In this document: positions 34,033 to 44,615 of the stretch, piece by piece | Layout: each line of letters begins with the position of its first letter | Position numbering within the stretch: position 1 is the stretch's first letter | DNA from: Amoebidium appalachense | Lineage: Eukaryota > Protista > Ichthyosporea | Length of the DNA stretch: 64,000 nucleotides | Assembly: GCA_963693365.1 (NCBI GenBank) | Contig: CAVNZM010000019.1 | Coordinates: forward strand, 133,272 to 197,271 | Direction: 5' to 3' | Translations under genes and position numbers: made by a program | Notes under the pieces: model-generated | Database searches by the model: none | What the model saw: the letters and a program-made list of their open reading frames with translations, nothing else | What the model was told of the DNA's origin: nothing

Positions 34033-34728
34033 ATGGAAGCCATCGAAGTCATGCTTCTGCACCACGCTGCCGCTATGGCTAGAACCATGCCACCAGCATT
34101 TACGGTAGCCGTCTACGGCCCCGCACCCAAGGCCTATGCGGTGATGGCGTCAATCCTCAAAGCCTGTGACCCGTTTTGCGAGGGGCGCGAAGACGTGTCC
34201 AAGTGCCACGTGATGGCCTCGGCCATTGCCCCCTTCATCGTAGACCCAATGACCATCAACACAGAGTGGGACATTGCGGCGCAGCTGCGCACTCAGGCGC
34301 TCCTGAAGGTCACCTCCCTGCTCCGTCTAGGAACACACTTCAGTGTTGTGCTGGGGGGTTCCGGTGTGCTTGGCCTGGCCGCTGGGGCCAACGAGATTGT
34401 AGATTGCCAGGTCACCTACGCGGGCTTCGGTATGCTGCTAGCATCGGCGACAACCCCGTACACAAGCACCATGTGGTGGCTGTGCTCGCAGGCGGGGTTT
34501 CTCTTTATTCTGCACAAGTTTGCGGTCCTGGCCAGCCTGGAGCGGCTGGCGCGCGAGAAGGTGGAGGCGGAACTGACGGCAACCCAGGTGCGGCTGGCAG
34601 CAGTGGAGGACCAGATGCACCGCCACCCAGTCACTGTGGCAGGGGCGTTCACGATTGTGGGGCGGGCCGCACAGCTGGGTCGCGAGCTGACTGCCAAGCA
34701 GGTGGAATCTATCCGCACGAAGCTGTGA
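34033..34728 (+). CDS. Hypothetical protein, possibly a degenerate AntA/MSV199-like domain plus coiled coil
   Basis: GTHFSVVLGG...VDCQVTYAGFGMLL followed by a heptad-like helix. Confidence 0.45.
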   Translation: MEAIEVMLLHHAAAMARTMPPAFTVAVYGPAPKAYAVMASILKACDPFCEGREDVSKCHVMASAIAPFIVDPMTINTEWDIAAQLRTQALLKVTSLLRLGTHFSVVLGGSGVLGLAAGANEIVDCQVTYAGFGMLLASATTPYTSTMWWLCSQAGFLFILHKFAVLASLERLAREKVEAELTATQVRLAAVEDQMHRHPVTVAGAFTIVGRAAQLGRELTAKQVESIRTKL

Positions 34729-34917
34729 TGCCGTGAAGCCCAAGCCCAAGAGCTTCCTGCAGGACGTCAACGAACGTGGGCAGCTCTACCACAGACGTGT
34801 GTACTCGGTAGGAGACTTGGGGGCAGCGGATGGTTTGATTCGTTCATGTGCCGGCCTGGAGCCGTGCGCCCTGTAGAGAGCCCCGTGTGACCAAATAAAA
34901 TCCGTGCATACAGGGAA

Positions 34918-35271
34918 ATGCGTTGGGCCCGCCCACTGACCCTTGACGAGGTGCTGTGCGATCGCGTTGCACTTCGCTCTTTCCGGGTGTTTCTGGGGCG
35001 GGAGTATGCGGGAGAAAACATAGACTTTCTGGACATGCTCATGCGCTACAAGGCGGACCCTTGTATGTCCCTGGCCTTGCTCATTCATGACTGGTACCTT
35101 GCGCGTGATGCCCCTTACCCCCTCAACATCTCCGAGCATGCACGCAAGCGCACTGTTGTCCCGCTTGGCCGCCTGCATGCCGATGTGTTCAACGACGCAG
35201 AGCGCGAGGTGCGGGCGCTGCTGCAGGGGGAAAAGCTTCCGCGCTTCGTGCGCGAGTACGCCCCCTCGTGA
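34918..35271 (+). CDS. Stand-alone RGS (regulator of G-protein signalling) domain protein
   Basis: LDEVL.D...FRVFLGREYAGENIDFL...IHDWYLARDAPYPLNIS...VFNDAEREVRALL...LPRF is a complete RGS box, including EN and the LNI Asn. Confidence 0.92.
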   Translation: MRWARPLTLDEVLCDRVALRSFRVFLGREYAGENIDFLDMLMRYKADPCMSLALLIHDWYLARDAPYPLNISEHARKRTVVPLGRLHADVFNDAEREVRALLQGEKLPRFVREYAPS

Positions 35272-36082
35272 GCGCAGGAAGGGCGGTGAAGGTGTGCAAC
35301 ACCAGCCCTCCGAGCAGAACTACCACCAAGCCCTGGGCGACAAACAGTGCGTATGCAATGCACCCGTGCCAGAAGAAGTCGATTGTGGTGGCCGACCAGA
35401 TGATCTGGTCAAGGGCAACGGCCACCGCACTAACCACCGAATAGCAGGTAGCGCACACGAGCACGCCCCGCACAATGCCGGTATCTGGGATAGCCGTGTG
35501 CCGTATGGCACGGTCCACGTAGACGCACGCCGCAACCAGAAGAACTGCAATCACGTACTGTGTGCCCATGTGAAAGTCCGAGTATGTCTCATAAGAGCAG
35601 GTGTCATAGCACGTACAAACCCCCACCAAACCCAGGACGAATGCCGGTGCCATGACGACGAGCGGGGCCCAGGTGGCCACGCCGGGTGGCTGTTTGACAC
35701 CACAAAGGAGGATGTCCTTGTTCCCTGTGATGTGGCAGGATATGCGAAGCAGCAGTCCCAGGGGCGAGAGGAGCATGAGCAGCTTTGTCACCCAATACAA
35801 CACCCACAGACGACAGTCACACGCGGTGTGTGGTGCTGTCGCATAGACCACCCACTGGTACATGTGCGCCGCTATGCAGATGGCCGGCAGATGAAACAGG
35901 TACACCGAGTTTACCGTGGCGCTAAGATACCTCCCCCTCACCTTGGGGCCAAAGCGTTTGTGGATGCATACGTGCAGCGCGAAAGCTATCCCCGTGATCG
36001 CCGAAGCGTACACAAACAGCAGCAGCCTGAATATGGACGCAACATGCTCTAGTGTCTGCTTGCTCAGCTCGGTTGTCGGCAT
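35189..36082 (-). CDS. Seven-transmembrane protein resembling the 7TM part of 7TM-RGS receptors
   Basis: Seven hydrophobic segments, Cys before TM3 and after TM4, and D.GI before TM6. It converges on and overlaps the RGS ORF. Confidence 0.6.
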   Translation of the reverse strand: MPTTELSKQTLEHVASIFRLLLFVYASAITGIAFALHVCIHKRFGPKVRGRYLSATVNSVYLFHLPAICIAAHMYQWVVYATAPHTACDCRLWVLYWVTKLLMLLSPLGLLLRISCHITGNKDILLCGVKQPPGVATWAPLVVMAPAFVLGLVGVCTCYDTCSYETYSDFHMGTQYVIAVLLVAACVYVDRAIRHTAIPDTGIVRGVLVCATCYSVVSAVAVALDQIIWSATTIDFFWHGCIAYALFVAQGLVVVLLGGLVLHTFTALPALTRGRTRARSAEAFPPAAAPAPRALRR

Positions 36083-36264
36083 GTACTACCGCGCAGAACA
36101 ATTAGTGTGGCGTATGCTAATGCGTAACCTTGTGCCAACCTAACCCCCCCCCCCCAACCCCGCCATCTGCACATACAGACGTACCACAACCAGGACAGTA
36201 ATTAATTCGATGCACGTGTGACACGGAGGTGAGTGCACGGAAACAGGCCTGCCCTAAATTATCT

Positions 36265-37092
36265 ATGCCAAGTCTTGACATGGACCGCGAGGAGACGAGC
36301 TCGTACGACACCACGGGGGGCCTCTGTCTCGGTTGGTACCCCCCGCTGCCAACCTTCTGGCATGCCGCGTCCGACCAGCCACCCGAGGAGGAGCTTGCGG
36401 AGGCCACCATTATGTTCAGAAACAACCTGGAGGCGTTTGCTGGCATTCCCCGCAACAGACACATCACGCGCAACTACGCCACGTTCAAGACAAACTTGTT
36501 CCTGGACAGCCTACCGGAGAAGTGCGAGTTCAGCCGGGCTAACTTTACGGGCAAGAAGCGCATGCGCTGCTACGAGAACGCGCTCAGTTATTCAACGGCA
36601 TCCATGGCGCGCCCGTGTCACATTGATGCAACCTTCATTAATATGGTGGCTGCACTGTGTGAGGGCCGTGAGGCATTCTCCCCCCGCACACAGCACGTTG
36701 TCGGCCTGGGTGGTCAGGCCACGGTAGCGCCGGAGCTGATTCCGGTGGCAGCCGCGGACCTCTTGGATACTTTGCAGTTTCGTGAGGAAGAGGCCAGCGC
36801 GTCACACCTGCTCCACCTGTGCCGACAGGCAGCGCTCTGGATGGGACGTATGAGTATCATCCATGCGCTCAAGGACGACGTGGACAACATGGCATTTATG
36901 GTTATAACAGTTTCGGCTATTCTAAGTCAGTACTCTCTCGGGCCACTCCTTTTTGGAAACGTGTTTAGGCGCTGCATTGAGCTGGGCGCGGCAGAGAATC
37001 CACCCAGCTATGAGCTGCTGGCGCGCTGGCTGCTGGAGGCTGTGTACTCCAACATGCGCAACGCGGCTGTGGTGCTTGACCTGATCTCGTGA
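36265..37092 (+). CDS. Fic/Fido-fold protein with degenerate catalytic motif
   Basis: PRTQHVVG...APELIP...AALWMGRMSIIHALKDDVDN follows the Fido layout, with HALKDDVDN in place of HPFxDGNGR. Confidence 0.55.
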   Translation: MPSLDMDREETSSYDTTGGLCLGWYPPLPTFWHAASDQPPEEELAEATIMFRNNLEAFAGIPRNRHITRNYATFKTNLFLDSLPEKCEFSRANFTGKKRMRCYENALSYSTASMARPCHIDATFINMVAALCEGREAFSPRTQHVVGLGGQATVAPELIPVAAADLLDTLQFREEEASASHLLHLCRQAALWMGRMSIIHALKDDVDNMAFMVITVSAILSQYSLGPLLFGNVFRRCIELGAAENPPSYELLARWLLEAVYSNMRNAAVVLDLIS

Positions 37093-37621
37093 GCCATGAT
37101 CAAAGTTGGGGGGGGGGGGGGGGGGGGGGGGGGGCTGGCCGTGGGCCAAAGCTTGCATCTTCATGTATGCATATATGGGCATATAGCCAGATCCAACCTG
37201 GTCTTAGTAGATCACCATGTACCAAAGTTGGAATATGTGTCAAGATATTCAGTCAGGTTTTATTGCTTGAAATCTGCAGCTGGGTGGCTCAGGATATAAA
37301 TTTTCTGTAACGAAAACTTTACTCATGCTAGTTGATATAACCCAAACCAAATCCCATGTATCGCTATACAGAGCAAATATTAACACGAAAGAGAAACATA
37401 AATCTATCAGATAAGGGGTCATAAGGGCTGGTGGTGGCAAAATGTGTGTTTTTACGTGAGCATTATACGTGAGGTTACGTGAGCGCTACAAGCGCACGTC
37501 AGTCACTGACGTCACCAAGGCTGAGCCATGGCCCATTTTTAATTTGTTATAAATTGGGCCAATCGGACCGCGTTTTCGAACAATAAATTCGGCCAATCGG
37601 ATCGCGTCGCGCGATTCCACA

Positions 37622-38481
37622 TCAATTTTCGGTGCTCCGTATCAGCGCAGTAGCTGCAAGAACCTTGAGGGATGTTGAGCCATTTCTGAGCGCACGCACA
37701 CCAAAGTCGGCTGGCGCTTCACGCCAAAACGTGTCCAAGGCTGAAGAACGGAAGAGCCGTGTATCTGCTCTCAACACAAAGTCCGCGAAAAACTCGTTGA
37801 ATGCCACTGGTACGGTGTGTGGTGCCTGTTCCATGTATTTTTCCGACAGCTGTCGATGCAGGCGCCCTATGGCCTCTGTAATAGCGCCCCCCCCACAGGC
37901 CTGCATCCCACCCAGTCGCGCATGTTATTCAATATGTGATACAACGCTATCACGCGTGCCACAGATGTGCCTGCCCCCCTGCCATTAAATTGGTGTATGA
38001 CATCCCCCCACGACATACACTCATCGACTGGAAGACCCAGGGCAGTCAGAACGGTGATGCAGCAAGGCTCCGTGTTGATTTCCAGTACGAGCTGAGAGCA
38101 CACCTTCTGCCACGCGGGTATCTGGAATAGTCGCTCTGCAGTCATGTACGCCTCGCTCCCATAGGGGGGGCGCAGCAGCTGTTTCATCTCACTGGTACAG
38201 TCTAGGAACACGGTACCAGGGATACCAAATTTGCAGCACAGCCACATCCCGCGATCAAACAGGGCCAGTGTGTTGAGCATGGCGTGGTTTGTAGCACGTT
38301 CACAGTGGTGCCCGACATGGGCCAAAATGGAGTATTCGACAAACCCATCCAGGTACTCTAGGAATATGTCGATATCGCAAGCATCACCGATTGCGCTGGG
38401 TTTGGGAAGGTTGAGTGTCTGTGGGGCTGATTCGTACTGAAGAGGCGCAGCCTGCAAGTGCAGAGGGTCATAAAACGACAT
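37622..38481 (-). CDS. Hypothetical protein, probably one gene split at the G-run near 37890
   Basis: Overlapping ORFs 37867-38481 and 37622-37906. Confidence 0.45.
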
Positions 38482-38744
38482 CTCTCGGTTTTGGAAGGCT
38501 TGTGCTACTTGGTGATGTAACGGATCTGTTCCACGATCCCATCACAAACCCACAGAATATGTACGTGCCATGTTGCCAAGTGGAAAGCCTGAAAATACCT
38601 TTCACAGGAGTGGAATGTTCAGAATCCTACAACCAATCAATATTGTGGGCGCTGATTGGTTCCCAAGCGCCAATCAACAGCGCGCCTCGCCAGAGTTAGT
38701 CCTGCAGCTGTACTGGCACTGCCCTGTCCCATGATAGCGGAACA

Positions 38745-39308
38745 TCAGAGAATTACCCAGATATCAATATACACAAGGGGCTGTTGATGGGCCACTGTGG
38801 CCAAATCGTGTGCACTGTAGAATGTGCCGCCATCAGCGCGAAACACACCAGAACCATCGAAATCCACATATCTGTTTGTGCCTATTTGAACTGTATATGC
38901 CATTGCTTGGTGTGCATGTACCTTCAGGGCGCCTATCATGCAAAGCGTATCAGATCCCCCCTTTTCAAGCGCCTGTCTAAGTGCCTCAGGGCCACAGCAT
39001 GTGAAAACGTGTACATAGGCATGTCCCTGTGTGTAAAACAAAGGGAATACGGGTAGTATATCACGTGGTGTAAGGTCTTTTTTAACCCGTGACCCACCAG
39101 TTGATTTGTTTTCTAGAATCTCCCAACCACCAAGCGCGTCTGAAGACACTCTCGCGATGACTGTGACCTCTGGTAGGTCATTGAATATGGGTGTGTACAC
39201 CACCTGCATACAATCCAAGAAACCTATCATGCCAGACACTTCTACAGCACGATTCTGTGTCATGTGTATAGAAATTTCTGTCAAGTCTACAAGCCTCTGA
39301 TGCTCCAT
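38745..39308 (-). CDS. Hypothetical protein
   Basis: ORF of about 187 aa with globular composition. Confidence 0.5.
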   Translation of the reverse strand: MEHQRLVDLTEISIHMTQNRAVEVSGMIGFLDCMQVVYTPIFNDLPEVTVIARVSSDALGGWEILENKSTGGSRVKKDLTPRDILPVFPLFYTQGHAYVHVFTCCGPEALRQALEKGGSDTLCMIGALKVHAHQAMAYTVQIGTNRYVDFDGSGVFRADGGTFYSAHDLATVAHQQPLVYIDIWVIL

Positions 39309-39762
39309 CACATATGCATCAGACAACGAAAAAAATGGTTACCCAAATTAAGGAGTCGCCACACATTCTAAGGAACCAATCATTTCCAGCCAACCAAATG
39401 TGGGCATGTGAACTGTCAGGGTTCGAATCCAAAGACTCAGCTGCTATCTGGCGCGCTACAAGAAGATTGAACGCTCTCTTGCGCGCTACATGGTCTGTTT
39501 ATATTAAGAACATAAATGCTGATATTCATTGAGCATAAAGTATATAGTGAATTTGCACTTATTTAATGGCTAGTAACAATAATCACCACTGATTGTTAAT
39601 CGCTTATCAGCGGAACCGATTATTGCACACCCTGGGACCCTGAGCGCCTTATCAAAACGGTCGAAGACAATGGTAGCGCAGTTCATATATTCGGCCTTTT
39701 CTGCTTTGGGCTCATTTGTACACTGCAGCACATAGAGTAAGTTAGCGGTGACACCCCCCAAT

Positions 39763-40508
39763 ATGACGACCCGAAAACATAAACACAGCAACAGATCTGT
39801 TTCGCGGCTACACAGACCCCCTCTCAGGCCGATTATACCCAAACCCGCCAAACATACGGTCACAGAAGAAATAGCGCTAACCAAAGGCCTAGCATCTGCG
39901 AGCGGCAAGCAGGAACGTCCCTTCGTTGGTCACAACCAACCTCGCGGGCTCCTCAACCACACACCCATCAACCCCCCACCAGCGGCATCCGTGCCCAACT
40001 ACATCCTCGAGTTCGATGCTTTGTTCGATGAGATTCTCGTCAGCGACACTTCCCCTCACACCCCCGTGTCATCCACTCGAAGTGCCTTTTCCTTCGACTT
40101 CACAGATGTCGGCCTGCAAAGATGTGTGTTCGACAACACACTCCCCCCCTCACCACTGTGCCACCCAAGGCACTTGAAACCCCCTTTCCGGACCCAAGGA
40201 AGGCACGGGTCGACAGCATGCTCCCTCCCCTCCGAGTCATTCGCAAGAGCAGCCCACACCCCTTCCGAGCCCCTCTAAAAATTACCGACGAAGAGATCAT
40301 CCCCTTTGAACTTACCGACGAAGCGGTAAGGGAGGCGCTCGAGGCGCTCGGCGGCAGTACAACCACCCCCAAACCATATTTTTTACAAATCAACGGTACC
40401 AGCATCGAGTTGGAGACCTTTTTATTTGAGTCTACAAGCCTCTCCTTCGGTGAGGACGACGAGGCACACATCATGTCACTGACAGACGAACTCAAACGTA
40501 TAAGTTGA
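39763..40508 (+). CDS. Hypothetical protein (frameshifted near 40145), distant relative of 16668-17555
   Basis: ORFs 39748-40278 and 40122-40508 overlap at a C-run. Confidence 0.4.
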
Positions 40509-40780
40509 ATCCAAACGAGATTCTGACTAAATTTGTTATTTCACCATTTCCAGGCTGTACCTTTACGTTGTAAATATGTAATACCCCGCGTAACTTTTAG
40601 TTTCAATGTTATTTTAGTTTAAACGTTAATCGGCCTAATTTGCCCCTTTTATTCCCACTGAAAAAATGACGTTTGGAATATCACTTGTGACCTTTACCCC
40701 AACTTTGAAAACTTCACGGTTGTATTATTATAGCGTTTATTCCACTTGTAAATCCCCGAACCTGAATCCAACGAATAAAA

Positions 40781-41695
40781 TCAAAAGACCCCTGTGAAGT
40801 CATTTGCCGTGTTATGTGTGGCAATTACCTGGCGTAACATAAGCTCTGCTATAAGGGGGGGAACAGCATTCCCAATAAACCTGTGCATAATCTCTTTTGA
40901 GAAAGGCAAATTTGTTACATATCCTTTGGGGAAAGTTTGGATGCTTTCCACCTCCTCTAAGGTAAGACAACGTACATAATTCATGTCCTTGTCGTATATA
41001 TAGAAAGGCCTCGAGGTAATAGTGTAACATGCACGAAGGGCGACACTCTTCTTTCTTTGGGTGTTTGCATAAACTGGGTTTTTTAAGCGTCCTGGTGAAA
41101 AACTTGCATTCGACACGAAGTACTCGGTAGAGGGAAGGGATAGATATTCCGCAATGGTCGGGGCGCTCGAAAGAGGAATGTACAAGGGGTCCCATCCCTT
41201 GTGTACAATCAGGCGTTTGCGTGTCTGGCAGAGTCCGTGTTGCTCCATGTTAACAAGCCTGTATGTACACCCCCGTTGCTGCAAAACACGTATTATGGCC
41301 TGGTTGCGGACTTGCTCAAGTGAATAGCTTTGACAAGGCAGCAGGTCCATTAGTGTGAGAACGTACTCGAGCATTGTGGTTGCGCTCTCTTGGTCGCCCT
41401 TGCCCGCTCGCATCACTGACACTTCCTGGCAGGGCGGGCTGGCATGAACATGTAGGTGGTCGGTGGGTTGAAGAGGTGGCAGTGCTTCTGTTAACAATTT
41501 AACCAGCTCTTCGTGTGGTTGTTCCCCAATCTTAACCTGCAGGTGTTTGGCTTCGGGGTGGTGGTGTCTGTGTGCCTGAAGGGCCTCTTGCCAACAGTCG
41601 ACTGCAACTGCTACCACCGCGCCAGCTTTAGCAGCCCCATGCGAAAACCCACCTACCCCACAGAATAGGTCAATCAGGTATACAACCATATACAT
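40781..41695 (-). CDS. DNA (cytosine-5) methyltransferase, prokaryotic/viral-type catalytic domain only
   Basis: Motif I DLFCGVGG, IV SPPCQ, VI LEQV, VIII QTRKR, IX IQTFP and X IGNAVPP. Confidence 0.93.
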   Translation of the reverse strand: MYMVVYLIDLFCGVGGFSHGAAKAGAVVAVAVDCWQEALQAHRHHHPEAKHLQVKIGEQPHEELVKLLTEALPPLQPTDHLHVHASPPCQEVSVMRAGKGDQESATTMLEYVLTLMDLLPCQSYSLEQVRNQAIIRVLQQRGCTYRLVNMEQHGLCQTRKRLIVHKGWDPLYIPLSSAPTIAEYLSLPSTEYFVSNASFSPGRLKNPVYANTQRKKSVALRACYTITSRPFYIYDKDMNYVRCLTLEEVESIQTFPKGYVTNLPFSKEIMHRFIGNAVPPLIAELMLRQVIATHNTANDFTGVF

Positions 41696-41741
41696 AGTCA
41701 CAGAAAATAAGAAACCGACCCCCCCCCCCCTTCCCCACCCG

Positions 41742-42245
41742 TCATCGCCCGCTCTTTTTCCACATGTGCAGCCCCGGCCCAAGCTCCCGCACCGCCCGAT
41801 CTATCAGGTCGTGGTCGCGGCCTGTGTACAGTTCGGTCTCGTGTGACCCAGACCGGCGCACGTGCGGAGGTCCAGAGCCGTGTCGTGTGTGGTAGGCCGC
41901 GGCAACCTCGCGCGCAAGCGCGTTGCGCGCAGACCGGGTGGCGGTCACGCCCACAACATGTAAATACTCCTCGACCGACATAAGATGTGGCAGGCGCGCA
42001 GCTGTGATGTGCGCACCCCTCAATGGTGTGGGGCCCATCACCACAGCAAGGCGCTCCTTATACTGCTCGAGAAGATCGCCGTTGGTCAGCCCGACCTCGT
42101 CCATCATCTGCTTCCACAGGATGAGATTTTTCAGGCGGGTGTACTGTAAGTCCGCCTGTTCACGGGCGCTGCGCTGGCTCCTGCTGGGCTCGTTGACATA
42201 GGTTTCAGTCCGCACAAGCTGTGGGCGGGGCACATCATCAGCCAT
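41742..42245 (-). CDS. Hypothetical protein resembling C-terminal domains of viral Bro/antirepressor-type proteins
   Basis: AREVAAAYHTRHGSGP...LYTGRDHDLI pattern. Confidence 0.45.
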   Translation of the reverse strand: MADDVPRPQLVRTETYVNEPSRSQRSAREQADLQYTRLKNLILWKQMMDEVGLTNGDLLEQYKERLAVVMGPTPLRGAHITAARLPHLMSVEEYLHVVGVTATRSARNALAREVAAAYHTRHGSGPPHVRRSGSHETELYTGRDHDLIDRAVRELGPGLHMWKKSGR

Positions 42246-42524
42246 TGTGAGCTGTCCCAGGGGCAGCGCCCCCTCTTATAGTTTCCGAATGCGTGGCTGA
42301 CATTTTCTGTGTTGGATGTCATGGAGCAAGTTGCAACGTACATGGGTCCGAAGTTGTGTCTCCCCCAGGAGATCATGGAAAGGCTAAACCGACCAGAGTT
42401 AGGTTGGGACCCCGGCAACCCTGCGGCAGCTATGGACGTGCTTTATGTGCTTTCTAACCCGGTACCCGTAGACAAATTTGCTCCACCCGGGAGGAGCTAA
42501 CCAGCATAATCTAACCCCTACTAA

Positions 42525-44596
42525 ATGAGCATAGCCCAACAAAATATTCAGCGCCAGCTGCATGCCCTGGAAGCCCTTGGCCAGCGCGACCAGCGCTACC
42601 CACCCGGGCAGCCCCCTAATCAGCGCGATCTTATGGTCCTTGGGCAGCGCGACGGGGGGGGGGCAGGGCCGTGTTCGGCGCGATCTCAATGTCATGGGGA
42701 ACCCCCCGCAATCTTCCGAGGAGACCCGCTATGACAGTGTTGCCCTGTGCAATGCCGGTGCGCCGACCTCTGTTCTTTCCCAAGACACAAACCTAGATGT
42801 TCGGGACTCCTGTACATTGGAGCACATGACCGTCCACGACCTGTGCACTATCGGGCCTTCTACGGACACGTTGCACATGCGCCTGGAAATAGGGGGGGAG
42901 GTGTATTCGAAGGAAATCAAACTGGACCACGGCCCATATGAATTAAATGATCTTGTCAAGATGCTGGAGACTACATTGAATCACAGCAGACCGTGTGCTA
43001 AAAACCTCGGCCTATCCAACGCTGTTCCTACGGTTGTTGGGCACGGCTATGCGCTGCGTGGGAGCGCCCTTGTAGGCAACGCGCCAATGTATGTACGCTA
43101 TGACCTAGAAGGCCCCATGGCATTAGTTGCTCAGTTAAGGCGTATGCAGTACCAAGACCCGAATGCCATTCTTGTCGTGGGCGGACTTGTTGGGGACCAC
43201 AGACACCACCATACCCGAAAAATCTGCCGCGGCTGTTGTGTATCGCTTTACGTCACAAACACTTCCAGATGTTGAACTGATTGATGAACCGGGTTCGTCG
43301 CTGCTCATTTTTCCGCACAAGGCATCGTATGGCGAAAGGCTCTTACTTTACGAGCCCAATGCCGTCCTCGATCCGACCAGTCTGGTCAAGGGCACAATTC
43401 CAAGGGATGTTTATGAGTACGACTTCTTGTATGCACTGAAAGAAACCGAGGTTCTTCCTGACTCGGACTTTCAGCACCGGGACCACTGGGCGCTATGGCC
43501 AGCCCCAGTATGGCAGGCCTTGCAGGTGGCGCTGGCCATCTCCTCACGGGACGAAACCCTGGTATCAAGGGCTCTTTTCTACATGGTCGAGTCTCAGGTT
43601 TTTATACGCGTCGTTGTCAGCCACACAAACTACGAACAGAACGGGGTCCTATTCGGTTCAACAGAGGCTGACCCCTATATCAAAGCAAACTTCTTGGTTA
43701 CCAACGTACACGGCCTCACTATTCCATTCAACATCCCCACAGATCTGCGGCCAAACCTGTTTGAACCGGACAAGTTCCTTTCATCCATTTACCAAGACCC
43801 ACTCGACGACGCCGACGCGGAACCGTACCCGTTGTATCACTTTTCTGTGCGGAGTGTCCAGCAGCTTTCTGATGCCATTGTCAATGTCAATCCCCCACCA
43901 CCCTTTTCTACGTATGAGCGTCTCGACAGCTACGATGATATCATGATCGAGACCGTAGAACTGGCCGCAGTATATCTACAGGTTTTCCCCCGTGAGGTCG
44001 ACCTCGGTGCCTGGCGCAGACTCCTCTTCAACATCCAGATGGACCCCCATAACTACACTCACATGTTTCGCGGACGGATTGTGATATCATTGAGACCCTT
44101 TTTTGCGTATTTCAAAGCCAGCGCGAGGCTGTCCTACGCGCTACTCTTCAGCACCAGAAGCATCACCTTCTCGTTCTCCGGCCCTGCTGCCCGGTCTCTG
44201 GGGCTGCAGAACAACGTGTGCAGCAAGGACCCCTTTGTCGATCGTCCTGTGCTCCTGGTCCCTCCCTGGGGGCAGCAGGGTACAATATCGCCTGGGCCGT
44301 TCGGGCACGCCACCAGCATGCTGCAGGCAATCCCGTACACCCGTGAGACACCGCCCAAGCGACTGTTTGTGCACCTGGACGTCAACAACACCCGGGTCAA
44401 GGGCAACGTGCGGGGGCTGCGCGCGCTGGCCGTGGTCCCGACACAGAAGGCGGTGAACGATGTGTACGAGCCCGTCATGCCGATCTACACGTCGTTGGTG
44501 GGCTGTGGTTCCATCCGCACCATCGGGGTGTCGATCGAGGACGAGCATGGCACGCCCATAACGGGGGAGTACACTGTCATGCTGCGGTTGAAATAA
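42525..44596 (+). CDS. Penton-like (single jelly-roll) minor capsid protein with large insertion; frameshifts at G-runs near 42660 and 43193
   Basis: N-part IKLDHGPYELNDLVKMLETTLN. C-part LFVHLDV...LAVVP...YEPVMPIYTSL...IRTIGVSIEDEHGTPI...VMLRLK is typical of Bamfordvirae pentons. AATAAA at the stop. Confidence 0.58.
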
Positions 44597-44615
44597 AGTC
44601 TGTGCCCACGACTAA

